A DNA stretch of 49,676 bases from an uncultured Candidatus Saccharibacteria bacterium (lineage in GTDB: Bacteria; Patescibacteriota; Minisyncoccia; JAHIHE01; JAGLIN01): positions 1 to 49,676 of the forward strand of contig CAZDCJ010000002.1 in NCBI GenBank assembly GCA_964503935.1, written 5' to 3'. Positions within the stretch are counted from its first letter, which is position 1. Every line of letters begins with the position of its first letter. Made by a program: the position numbers and the translations under genes. This document shows positions 9,807-18,646 of the stretch, in pieces. The notes under the pieces were generated by a model. That model made no database searches, was not told the origin of the DNA, and saw only the letters and a list, made by a program, of their open reading frames with translations.

Positions 9807-9834
9807 AAAAGCACCGTTTTAAGACGGTGTTTTA
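9807..9834. terminator. Bidirectional intrinsic terminator between convergent genes
   Basis: aaaagcaccgt-tttaag-acggtgtttt: a hairpin flanked by an A-run and a T-run. Confidence 0.6.
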
Positions 9835-9904
9835 ATGTTCAGATAATCTGCATACGGAGAGATTTCCGACTACACGCCCCTGTATCGACACAAGACGCTT
9901 CACC

Positions 9905-11074
9905 TTATCTCCTGCTGCTACCCACCTCCTCGAATACCTTCAAGGTCTTTCTTGCCGTATTCTCCCAGTGATATTTGCGCGCCTGCACCAGACCTTTCTC
10001 TTTCATCTCCGAGCAGAGGCTCTCATCGCGGAGTATCTCCAAGATGGCATCGCGGATGCCGTCCGTATCATAAGGATCGACCAACTTGGCCGCACCGCCG
10101 GTTATTTCCGGATACGAAGTTACATTCGAGCATACCACCGGCACACCGGACGCGAAAGCTTCGAGCACCGTCGAACCGAAATCCTCGTAAATCGGCACGG
10201 AGACGAATACCTCCGCCCCGTCGAAAAGCGGATTGAGATCCTGAGACTCGACATAGCCGGTGAAGATCACTTCGTTCTTGAGTCCGAAATCCTTCGCGGT
10301 CTGCTTGATCTCGTCCGCCATCCATCCGCTCTTTCCCGCCAAGACAAGCTTATAATCCGACTTCGGCATATCGCTCTTGAGGATCATCCGCAACCGGGCG
10401 AATGCTTCGATCAGCCGCGAAAGATTGTTAAGCGGCTTGATCGTATTTAAGAAAAGGATATATTCTCCGTCTATCCGATACTTGGTCTTTACTGCCTGGA
10501 TATCCTCCAGCGAGGACACCTTGTAAAATTTCTCATCGAAAGCATTGGGTATAACATGGACCTTCTTCTCGTCCACATAGAAATATTCCATGAGATCTTT
10601 CTTGGCAGCTCCGCAACTCGCGATTACTGCTTCCGCCCGCTTGTAGGCCGGCGCCTTGATGCGGTATTTTACCAGATCCTTCTTCGGGAAAAGCTCCGGA
10701 TTCTTGTTGAGCGCGAGATCATGAGCCGTCGCGACGAATTTTCGGCGATAGCCTATCGGCAGCCTCCCGCCAGGCACGTGGAGCACGTCCACATTCTCCC
10801 GCATGAAAAAGGCATTCGCGAGTGTCTCGCTGTATACCACCGGCAAAAAGCTCTTATAGTAAGAGAACGGGAAACGGCGCACTTTCACATTCTTGCGTTC
10901 CTGGATTTTCTCCAAGTCTTTTTCCCGCACCCGATAATTCACGAATACGACATATTGGTTCTCCGTATCAGCCTTGAGAAGATGCCGCGTCAACTGATAT
11001 GTATAATGCCCCAGTCCGGCCGCGCTTCCCATCGCAGGATTTAAAACCGTTTGGGCATCTATTCCTATTCTCAT
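9905..11074 (-). CDS. Family-4 glycosyltransferase (GT-B, retaining)
   Basis: 389 aa. N-terminus MRIGIDA. C-terminal GT4 signature EDFGSTVLEAFASGVPVVCS...GGAAKLVDP. Confidence 0.85.
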   Translation of the reverse strand: MRIGIDAQTVLNPAMGSAAGLGHYTYQLTRHLLKADTENQYVVFVNYRVREKDLEKIQERKNVKVRRFPFSYYKSFLPVVYSETLANAFFMRENVDVLHVPGGRLPIGYRRKFVATAHDLALNKNPELFPKKDLVKYRIKAPAYKRAEAVIASCGAAKKDLMEYFYVDEKKVHVIPNAFDEKFYKVSSLEDIQAVKTKYRIDGEYILFLNTIKPLNNLSRLIEAFARLRMILKSDMPKSDYKLVLAGKSGWMADEIKQTAKDFGLKNEVIFTGYVESQDLNPLFDGAEVFVSVPIYEDFGSTVLEAFASGVPVVCSNVTSYPEITGGAAKLVDPYDTDGIRDAILEILRDESLCSEMKEKGLVQARKYHWENTARKTLKVFEEVGSSRR

Positions 11075-11135
11075 AAGTTTGAAAATTAAAATTTAATGTC
11101 CGAACGTTAGTTGATTAAAGGACTGGTTGTTATCT

Positions 11136-11164
11136 AATTATAAATTAGCCATATCTGGTGTCAA
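11136..11164 (-). promoter_or_regulatory. Sigma70-like promoter for the GT4 gene
   Basis: Minus strand TTGACA-17 nt-ATAATT. Confidence 0.45.
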
Positions 11165-11308
11165 ATATCGGATATCCCGATTTCCGGATCTTGGCTATTC
11201 TTGCCTGCATATCGGTCCGCATCCATCTTATCGGCTAAAGGACCGGGCATAAGCCCGGCCCTCTCCTTCCGGCTAGCGATAAGCTAGGATTTTGTCGTGA
11301 GTCGTAAG

Positions 11309-11923
11309 TTATAAACTGTCAGTCGTCTCAGCACATCGTATACCAATCCCCGCCCCATAGGATCCGTATAACCGACAGCGGCCAATATGGATCACTATCC
11401 ACACCGCAAGCACGTAAGCAAAGCCGAGGAGCGCGCTCCATAGGACGGATTTTATCCTGGCCATCTTATCGGATGCACCCACGCTCGTCATGACAAGAAG
11501 CTGCCCCAGGATTATGATAAGGAAGGCAAAAATACCCACGATTTTCACGAGAAATTCGGCTATCATCTGGAGCGCAAGCGAGATTGAAAAGAAATCGCAC
11601 TTATCGCATTCGTTCCAATCGGTATCAGGATCGTTCGTATTTCTGCCGCACGAGATAAGTCCGGCTGAATCTTCGACATCAGTGCAAGCTGCGGTCGCGG
11701 TCTCAGCGGACTCTCGCAGCTCAGAGTAGAGAGGATCCGGTTTGATCGCCTCAAGCAATTTCGCCACGTCTCCATAGATATAGGAAGAGGTAAGCGATAC
11801 AGGGTCTCCGGGATCGGTAAATTGCGGAGTATGTCCACCTCCCGAACTGCCAGAACCGGAGCCACTGCCGCCACCCGTATCAAAATCCAAGGCAAAGTTA
11901 TCTTCTTTCGGTGCAGGCGGCAT
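11309..11923 (-). CDS. Putative pilin-like protein (TrbC/VirB2-like, CPR-type T4SS pilin architecture)
   Basis: Gly/Ser-rich N-terminus and a Cys pair (CDKCDF), then two TM helices separated by a short loop (ILGQLLVMTSVGASDKMARIKSVLWSALLGFAYVLAVWIV). Confidence 0.45.
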   Translation of the reverse strand: MPPAPKEDNFALDFDTGGGSGSGSGSSGGGHTPQFTDPGDPVSLTSSYIYGDVAKLLEAIKPDPLYSELRESAETATAACTDVEDSAGLISCGRNTNDPDTDWNECDKCDFFSISLALQMIAEFLVKIVGIFAFLIIILGQLLVMTSVGASDKMARIKSVLWSALLGFAYVLAVWIVIHIGRCRLYGSYGAGIGIRCAETTDSL

Positions 11924-11985
11924 CGTCTCCTGTCTTGTCTTTCCGGTCAGACTGGCTTGGGAAGTATTACCATAGACTCCCGCGT

Positions 11986-13445
11986 TTATCCGACCGCCGT
12001 CATAATCCGGCTCGTTGGAGTAATCGCTCGAAGGGGGCCGGCATCGATACCCGAAGGATTGACCGTATCAGATACCCAGGCATTCTGGGAAGGACTCCAC
12101 CGTCCCGCAATCGATTTTATATGATAATCTTTATTCCCGCGGTCTGCGTACAGAGGATCCGCGTTCACATCAGATGAGGAGCTGACGTTCTTGTAATTGC
12201 CGCCGACATTCCCGTACACCGGGTTGTTTTCCAGAATAAGCTGCCCTTCCGCCGTATTGTAATTGATGACGCCCTGCCCGCTCTGCGAAGCACCCCCCCC
12301 CGGACTGCCGCTCTTGTTGCCTCCGCGCTTCACGCTGTTAGTGACGATATTGTTGCGTATATGCACGTCATATTTGCCGCTCGTACTGTTTGACTGCAGG
12401 CCCAGCGATTCCAGATAGACGATTCCGCCGGCATAATTCCCGTCCAGAGTATTGTTTTCAATGACTACGTTATAGACCCCGCTCGTCACGATACCCGCCA
12501 TCCAGTCATAAGACGAATGTCAACCACAGTCGGCGATGATATTGTGGTGGATATGGACGTTCTTCACCTGGCCCCTCGTATACGAAGGGCTGTCGAATGC
12601 GACAAGCCGGATGCCTGCCTGCCAAGTGTGGTAAAGGAGGTTATTATAGACTTCTATATCATGAAGATCATCGCCCTTGCCCCCCTCTGCAGTTCCAGCC
12701 CCGGTCCGCCGGGAGAAAAATATTCGCCTTCTTTGGCATAGATAAAATTATCATGTATCCTGACGTAGCTGCTGCCGAAGAGCCGCACTCCCGCGTTGCC
12801 TCGGGTCCTTATGTTATTGTCGTATATGTCCCCGTTCTGGCATGACTGCAGAACAATAGCATCATGCCCGAGCGTATCTGCCTTGAGACCGAAGATCCGC
12901 ACATTCATGCTATATCTCACCTTTATCCCGTCGCCGGGACTGTTATGCCAATGCATGTCATAGGCCTCCAAATCATTGTACGAGATATTCATAAAATTCC
13001 TGCGGCCATCTCCGATGCCCTTATCAGAATCGCCGCGATTATTGTTATTGTAATCTCCGTCAATCTCAAATCCCCGGATCACGATCGTATTCTTGCCCGT
13101 AGAAGACTTGCTTCCGCTATTCTCGATCGATGCATCATTAAGGGATCCTTCCGGCCAGAAGCTTTCCGCAAAAGTTAGTACAGTCCCCGATTCCCCTTCG
13201 GGGGTAGTGCTGTCACCAATCCGTATGGTATTGGATGCGACATATCTCCCCTTCTTGAGATGGACGATCGACCCCGGGCTTTTTGCGGCTTCCGTGAGCG
13301 CCTCATTGATCTGCGCCTGATCGGCGCTGCCGTCGCAATTGTAATTCCCGCTTCCGTCCCTTGAGACATGATAAATAGCGGCATCGGCCGCAGGAGCAAG
13401 AGCGCTTGTCAGGACAATGACGGCAAAAGACGCCATCAAAAACAC
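11986..13445 (-). pseudogene. Secreted right-handed beta-helix (PbH1/pectate-lyase-like) repeat protein, disrupted
   Basis: Signal peptide MFLMASFAVIVLTSALAPAADA. Repeats NNIRTRGNAGVRLF, IHDNFIY, IENNTLDGN and IRNNIVTN. The frame changes near the C6/G6 run at 12680-12685, and there is an in-frame TGA at 12520-12522 (..HHNIIADCG*HSSYDWMAGIV..). Confidence 0.6.
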
Positions 13446-13657
13446 CCCCCCATCCGTTCTTCGTCTTGATTCTGTTATCTCCTAAATATCAAAATTAGAT
13501 TTGCGTACCCCCGTAGTCTTGCCGAGACCACATACCGATATGCACGACTGTCGCACAGAGAATCCTTTAAAATATAATCGTATCATCCCTATCCTGCGCG
13601 AGCAATCTCGCAAGGACAAGAAATTGATTTTCCCCGTTTCTATGTTAAACTTAGCTT

Positions 13658-14110
13658 ATGGAAAATTACGCGGTAAACAAACGAGCGACCTTTGACTACG
13701 AACTCCTAGAGAAGATGGAGGGCGGTTTGGTCTTGTCCGGATATGAAGTAAAGGCTATAAAAACCGGACATCTGAGCCTCAAAGGGGCCTTCCTGACCGT
13801 CCATGAGGGCGAACTCTACCTCACCAACGCCCATATCCCCGCTTACCAAAGACTAAATACGCCCGAAAAATACGACGAATACCGTGCCCGCAAGGTATTG
13901 GTAAAAAAGCGCGAACTTGATTCCCTGATAGGCAAGATCAAGCAGAAAGGCTTGACATTAGTGCCTGTTAGGGTATACTCAAGTCACAGGCTTATAAAGC
14001 TGGAGTTTGCTGTTGGCAAGGGAAAAAAGCTCATGGATAAGCGCGAAGACATCAAGAAGCGCGAGGCAAATATCAGCATGCGTAGAGCCCTCCGGGGAAA
14101 CAAAGAGTAA
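13658..14110 (+). CDS. smpB: SsrA-binding protein SmpB
   Basis: 150 aa. NKRATFDYELLEKMEGGLVLSGYEVKAIK is canonical. The gene lies immediately upstream of the tmRNA. Confidence 0.95.
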   Translation: MENYAVNKRATFDYELLEKMEGGLVLSGYEVKAIKTGHLSLKGAFLTVHEGELYLTNAHIPAYQRLNTPEKYDEYRARKVLVKKRELDSLIGKIKQKGLTLVPVRVYSSHRLIKLEFAVGKGKKLMDKREDIKKREANISMRRALRGNKE

Positions 14111-14197
14111 CTTCCCACAAGTCTTACCTCGCCGGATGACAGTGATTGATAATCTTACCCCTCATAGGTCATGAGTCACCAATCATCGGTCATTTTC

Positions 14198-14594
14198 GGG
14201 GATGTATTTTGGCTTCGATAGGAATCTTGTTCATTGATTGCCAATCGAGCACGCAGCCTGGCTCGTAAAAACCGGCTGCAAACACGTAAGTGCAAACACA
14301 TTTACAAGCAAAGTAGCTAACCTTTTCAGGACTGCTGCTTTCGCTCCCGCTGTTGCTTAAATAGCTGACAGCCATCGGACTATCGAAGCTTGATAGATAG
14401 ACCCCAGTGTCATACATCAAGCGTAGGAATCGAGAGCTGGCTGCGCCTTGATTCTGAAACTTAAGCGGCCTCGGATCTGCCGGATCTCGTCCGTTCTTTA
14501 CCTGCAGATCTTAAAACAGACGAACGGGCTATATTGGTAGAAAATTTCTGGACGGATTATCTAGACGCGGGTTCGACTCCCGCCATCTCCACCA
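14198..14594 (+). ncRNA. ssrA: tmRNA (ssrA)
   Basis: 5' end GGGGATG..., 3' tRNA-like end GGACGCGGGTTCGACTCCCGCCATCTCCACCA. Candidate tag ORF 14292-14360 ends ..APAVA-TAA. Confidence 0.9.
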
Positions 14595-14676
14595 AAGGCC
14601 ATGGGGCCTTACGTTTAATAATTAAAGTAAAGCTATAGCAACTACAAAAAACTTTAGGATCAACCAAGAGATAAGA

Positions 14677-15186
14677 GTGCCCAAAGTTACGGTCATCGAC
14701 GATTTGGGGACGAACCTGGGGCTTATGGAAACATCCAAAGCGATTGAGATTGCACGCGAGAGAGAATTGGATCTGGTCGAGGTTTCCCCTAACCTGAATC
14801 CCCCCGTCTGCAAGATCATGGATTACGGGAAGCACCGCTACAAGACCTCGAAACAGACCAGGCAGCACAACGCCCGGCAGAAGAAAGTAGAAACAAAGAA
14901 CGTACGCCTCAGTGTCCGCACCGAAGGACACGACCTGGACTTTAAAGCACGAAACGTGGTCAAGTTCATGACCAAAGGACATCGGGTAAAAGCCGAGATG
15001 GTTTTGAAGGGGCGCGAAAAGGCGAATATGGATTTCGCCGAGGCGAAATTCCGCAAATTCGTGGACGGAATTGCAGAGATGACCAAGACCGATACCAGCC
15101 TTGCTGAAAAAGAGATCGTCAAGATCCAGGATGTCCTGAAGAGTCCCCAAGGTTTCAGCGTCATCATAGAATTCAAGAGAAGCTGA
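14677..15186 (+). CDS. infC: Translation initiation factor IF-3 (true start probably upstream at a non-AUG codon)
   Basis: The track ORF starts at GTG 14677. The in-frame upstream sequence encodes the conserved IF-3 N-terminus ..FRINQEIRVPKVTVID. The gene heads the infC-rpmI-rplT operon. Confidence 0.9.
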   Translation: MPKVTVIDDLGTNLGLMETSKAIEIARERELDLVEVSPNLNPPVCKIMDYGKHRYKTSKQTRQHNARQKKVETKNVRLSVRTEGHDLDFKARNVVKFMTKGHRVKAEMVLKGREKANMDFAEAKFRKFVDGIAEMTKTDTSLAEKEIVKIQDVLKSPQGFSVIIEFKRS

Positions 15187-15252
15187 CCCGGAGCGTCGGT
15201 AAGACGCAGCAAAGAGTGCATTCATCATATATAATCAGAATAATTCATCATA

Positions 15253-15444
15253 ATGAAAATCAAGACTAAAAGAGCGGTAGCCAAGAGATTCAAGCTTTCC
15301 AGGACCGGAAAAGTGATCGCCCGCAAAGCCAACCAGGATCATTTCAATTCCACTGACACCGGTAACCAGACCCGCGCCAAGAGGACTGACAAGAGCCTGA
15401 AGAGCGGACTCAAGAAGATCATCAAGAGACAGCTAGCCAAGTAA
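15253..15444 (+). CDS. rpmI: 50S ribosomal protein L35
   Basis: 63 aa, MKIKTKRAVAKRFKLSRTGKV. Operon position. Confidence 0.95.
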   Translation: MKIKTKRAVAKRFKLSRTGKVIARKANQDHFNSTDTGNQTRAKRTDKSLKSGLKKIIKRQLAK

Positions 15445-15469
15445 TAAATCTAACTTAAGTTTCAAAGAT

Positions 15470-15823
15470 ATGACAAGAATCAAACGAGGCGTCACCGCCA
15501 ACAAGCGCAGAAAGAACGTCCTCAAGAGAGCCAAGGGATATTTACGCGATCGAAGAAGCAAGTACCGATACGCCAAGATGGCGGTCATCAAGGCCGGCAC
15601 CAACGCCTATCGCGACCGCAAGCGCAAGAAGCGGCTGATGCGCGGCCTCTGGCAGATCAGGATCAACGCCGCAGTGAGAGAATTCGGAATGAGCTACAGC
15701 AGATTCATCCACGCCCTCAAGCTATCCAACATCGAGATAGACCGTAAGGTCCTTTCCGAGATCGCCATGGAGAATCCGGCCGTATTCGAAGCCATAGCCA
15801 AGAAGGCCCAGGAAGCGAAATAA
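15470..15823 (+). CDS. rplT: 50S ribosomal protein L20
   Basis: 117 aa, MTRIKRGVTANKRRKNVLKRAKGY. Confidence 0.95.
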   Translation: MTRIKRGVTANKRRKNVLKRAKGYLRDRRSKYRYAKMAVIKAGTNAYRDRKRKKRLMRGLWQIRINAAVREFGMSYSRFIHALKLSNIEIDRKVLSEIAMENPAVFEAIAKKAQEAK

Positions 15824-15838
15824 ACCAGGTTTGCATAT

Positions 15839-15874
15839 AAGACCACCGGTTCGAGCCGGTGGTCTTCTTTTATC
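15839..15874 (+). terminator. Intrinsic terminator of the infC-rpmI-rplT operon
   Basis: aagaccaccgg-ttcga-gccggtggtctt followed by cttttatc. Confidence 0.75.
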
Positions 15875-15904
15875 AAAATAAAAAATAGCCCGATGGATGG
15901 CTAT
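15875..15904 (-). terminator. Intrinsic terminator (minus strand) of the 15912..16178 unit
   Basis: Minus strand atagcc-atccatcg-ggctat followed by TTTTTTATTTT. Confidence 0.6.
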
Positions 15905-15911
15905 ATTCATA

Positions 15912-16178
15912 TCATATATGCTTTTGCTTTTTCCTCCCGAAAGAAAACGAACCGCCTCCTTTACTTTTTTTATTTCTTTTATACTCTTTTATCCCTAGGG
16001 CAGTGATTGCTACCAGATTAATCTCCTTACTGCCCTTCAAATTACCCCTTACGACCGATCCGCTTTTTTCTAATGCTTTGACCTCCGCTCCATAACCATC
16101 CAAACAATTGACATTCATCGCCGGCACACGTCCGGAGTGCTGGCACCAGAGAGATCCAGTCTCTGCAACCATTGCCAA
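15912..16178 (-). CDS. Hypothetical small basic protein (86-88 aa), or possibly a non-coding transcript
   Basis: TTG at 16178 or ATG at 16172, with AGGAAG 8 nt upstream of the ATG. Has its own promoter and terminator. No family recognised. Confidence 0.35.
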   Translation of the reverse strand: MAMVAETGSLWCQHSGRVPAMNVNCLDGYGAEVKALEKSGSVVRGNLKGSKEINLVAITALGIKEYKRNKKSKGGGSFSFGRKKQKHI

Positions 16179-16254
16179 AACTTCCTGGATACGACTATTG
16201 TTGCCTTTTAACGTTCCATCCTCCTTGGACCCAGACTCTTTTTATTTCATATCA

Positions 16255-16284
16255 ATTATATGTCGGTCGGATACAGGCTATCAA
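16255..16284 (-). promoter_or_regulatory. Strong sigma70-like promoter
   Basis: Minus strand TTGATA-18 nt-TATAAT. Confidence 0.55.
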
Positions 16285-16356
16285 TCGACCACAGAAAGAA
16301 TTCCGCTCTCGCCCCAGACGCGAAATGCATACGACAGGTCTTTCGAATAATAAAAA

Positions 16357-16380
16357 ATCCTCGGAATTCCTTCCGAGGAT
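16357..16380. terminator. Bidirectional intrinsic terminator
   Basis: atcctcggaa-ttcc-ttccgaggat, a perfect 10-bp stem with an A-run before it and a T-run after it. Confidence 0.65.
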
Positions 16381-16465
16381 TTTCTGTCATTTTTTTCATT
16401 TATCGTACGGGTTCTTAGAGTCCGCCCTCCGATTTCTTGGACTCATCTTCAAAATCTTTTTCCAG

Positions 16466-16714
16466 CTATTCCGAGGTCATTGTGATGCGGTACTGATCAG
16501 ATAAAAGAGTGATGTATCCCAGATCGGCCAATATGACTGCCGTGGAACGGGCATCTTTTATGTGCCAGAAAAGTTCTGCAAAGGTAATCGTCAGATATCC
16601 TTCCTCTTTGGAATCTACGAAACCCGCTTTGATCTTCCGGTAAAATTCTAGCAACCCTTCTTTTCCAAGCTGGCTTGCGCCTATTCTTACTTTCAACACT
16701 TCCGGTCGTGGCAA
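16466..16714 (-). CDS. Hypothetical small protein (82 aa)
   Basis: ORF with its own promoter (TTTACA-17-TAAGAT) and terminator. Confidence 0.5.
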   Translation of the reverse strand: MPRPEVLKVRIGASQLGKEGLLEFYRKIKAGFVDSKEEGYLTITFAELFWHIKDARSTAVILADLGYITLLSDQYRITMTSE

Positions 16715-16757
16715 TCCTGTTTCCAGGCCTTAACCTCCTTTATCCTTTATTTTCCAT

Positions 16758-16855
16758 ATCTTAGAGAATGACCCGCCGATTGTAAAACGCATGATAACGT
16801 AAATCGCGAAACCAACCTAATCAGTCGAATAGTTTCCATGTCTCGCGATTTACGT
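16758..16855 (-). promoter_or_regulatory. Promoter plus upstream palindrome (operator-like)
   Basis: -10 TAAGAT (16758-63) and -35 TTTACA (16781-86). 13-bp perfect inverted arms acgtaaatcgcga (16797-16809) and tcgcgatttacgt (16843-16855). Confidence 0.5.
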
Positions 16856-16873
16856 ATTAAATATATAAAAATC

Positions 16874-16898
16874 TAGCCAGTCTTTTTCCGACTGGCTA
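16874..16898 (-). terminator. Intrinsic terminator of the 16962..17765 gene
   Basis: Minus strand tagccagtc-ggaaaaa-gactggcta followed by GATTTTTATAT. Confidence 0.6.
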
Positions 16899-16961
16899 AT
16901 CTCAGGCTTATTTAGCAGGAATATACATCCTCTTACCGGCAAAATCTTATGATTTAGCCGC

Positions 16962-17765
16962 TTACTTACGATCCAAGACAGACCTTATCTTTCTTTCTAA
17001 TATAGTATTTTTCTTTTCTGATTGCGGATCTCCCAGTATTATTTTCGGCATATCGAACAGCGCATATCTTTTCTCTTCCGATTTCATATCCTCGCGCAGG
17101 AGCTTCATGTCGCAATGGACCTTGAGGACAGATTTTACGTCCGCTGGCTCAAATCCCATTTGGCCATAGAACGCGATGGCATCAGCTTCGCTCACGAAAC
17201 CGTATGGAGCCTCTTCGATCGGCTCTTGCCGGAAGAGAAGAGCAAAAAGCATCAACTCATCCGCTAAATCCTCCCGATAAAGCTTGACCTCGCAGATGCT
17301 CATCTCGCGCTCAGAATTGATCGCATTTCCGATCTCTGCGATCTTTCCGGCAACTTCCGCTTCTCCTTCGAGGACCAAAACGTATAATGTAACTAGCTTT
17401 CTCCGTAGAAGTTCCGCGACCGAAATCGGCCGTAGCTTTTCTTTGAGCTTCTCATATCTTTCCGGATCTTCCACGAAGGAGGCCTCGAGCGACGTATTCC
17501 AAAGCGGCATATGGTATCGCAGCGCCTCTTCGAAACTGCCATAAGGAGTCTTCTCGTTAAGAGATATTTCTCCGCTTGCAGGATCGACAGATACCATCCC
17601 TACTGTCTCCAGATATCGCACCGCCTCTTCCGCCACGTCGCGGATATCGGGATATATCTTTAAAGACGCAGGTGTAAGCACTCCTTCTTTAAGAGCAAGC
17701 TTGATCCGTCGCCAAACTTCTTCTATCCGAGGAATCTCTTCCGGAATCTTACCCATTGGGTCCAT
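16962..17765 (-). CDS. Hypothetical protein with an N-terminal winged-helix-like segment (267 aa)
   Basis: Segment AEEAVRYLETVGMVSVDPASGEISLNEK is paralogous to ASDAIRILKNVGAISVNEATGCISVSEK in ORF 19427..19753. Confidence 0.6.
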   Translation of the reverse strand: MDPMGKIPEEIPRIEEVWRRIKLALKEGVLTPASLKIYPDIRDVAEEAVRYLETVGMVSVDPASGEISLNEKTPYGSFEEALRYHMPLWNTSLEASFVEDPERYEKLKEKLRPISVAELLRRKLVTLYVLVLEGEAEVAGKIAEIGNAINSEREMSICEVKLYREDLADELMLFALLFRQEPIEEAPYGFVSEADAIAFYGQMGFEPADVKSVLKVHCDMKLLREDMKSEEKRYALFDMPKIILGDPQSEKKNTILERKIRSVLDRK

Positions 17766-17810
17766 ATAAGTTTTTATTTTTTCACTCTCCTTTTTTGGAG
17801 TATCCTATTA

Positions 17811-17839
17811 TTTCTAGCACGAAAAATCGATCATGTAAA
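17811..17839 (-). promoter_or_regulatory. Sigma70-like promoter for 16962..17765
   Basis: Minus strand TTTACA-17 nt-TAGAAA. The hairpin tgtccgacccgtcggaca abuts the -35 box. Confidence 0.4.
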
Positions 17840-18046
17840 TGTCCGACGGGTCGGACAAGTCTCATCAATCAGACCGTACCTGTCAAATAAAAAAGATTCC
17901 ATATGGCCTTTTGGCCTGGAACCTTTACTGTACCGCTTTTCCTCCTAGTTTTATCCTTTCGTCCATATGATTCTTAAGACGCGTACATCTGTCTTCTATC
18001 CGTCGCCTTGCTCCCCCGGGAGTCCAATACAAATGCCCCCCTGCAA

Positions 18047-18520
18047 TCAATATCTCGTCGCATATAAAAATCCCACATTGTATGGGCTAAAGCATGCATC
18101 ATGGATGGAATCTACCCCATAGCCCAATAGCAGGAAATATTCGACTGTATCTTGTTCTCTTACAGCGCTCTCTTCGATTTTCCACGGCGACAATTCACCC
18201 TCCAAGACATTTTCCGCCGCGATATCCTCTTCTTCTCCTTTCTGAGAAAAGAATACGAATGTTATGATTTCCTCGCGCAAGCTATCTCCGGAACTCTTTT
18301 TCTTAGAGATACCTTTTATACTGGCGACAATAGACCTCTTTTTCCTCCTTATTTTTCGTGTTTTCAGAGTTCCCCGCCCTACGCTTTTCAGCTCCTCCCG
18401 GAAATTCATCATAAAGAAAACCGACAATCCTCTCTTGAACATATCTTCTACGGGCATTTCCAGAAGAATAGTATCGGTTTCCTTATTCTTGGGAAGATAT
18501 TTTTCAAACGGCCTTTTCAA
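18047..18520 (-). CDS. Hypothetical protein (157 aa, Lys/Arg-rich centre)
   Basis: ORF only. AT-rich island. Confidence 0.4.
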   Translation of the reverse strand: MKRPFEKYLPKNKETDTILLEMPVEDMFKRGLSVFFMMNFREELKSVGRGTLKTRKIRRKKRSIVASIKGISKKKSSGDSLREEIITFVFFSQKGEEEDIAAENVLEGELSPWKIEESAVREQDTVEYFLLLGYGVDSIHDACFSPYNVGFLYATRY

Positions 18521-18611
18521 TCCCGGCTTTTGTTCTTTTACGATATCGCCCTCTATTTATCGCTGAGATATTCTTAACACGAAAAGCTAACCCTGTTGCC
18601 TTTTAAAAATC

Positions 18612-18636
18612 CCCATAGTCTCATCGCGACTATGGG
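18612..18636 (-). terminator. Intrinsic terminator of the 18647..18982 gene
   Basis: Minus strand cccatagtc-gcgatga-gactatggg followed by GATTTTTAAAA. Confidence 0.6.
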
Positions 18637-18646
18637 ATAATAGGAT

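Noticed and set aside
12520-12522. TGA as selenocysteine, or as Gly/Trp recoding (code 4 or 25)
   Set aside because: TGA terminates ileS, recO, infC, dfx and GH3, including ATGA overlaps. No SECIS-like hairpin was noted. A gene-specific lesion is the simpler explanation.
15848-15862. GGTTCGAGCC tRNA T-loop-like sequence
   Set aside because: It is the loop of the rplT terminator hairpin, and there is no cloverleaf around it.
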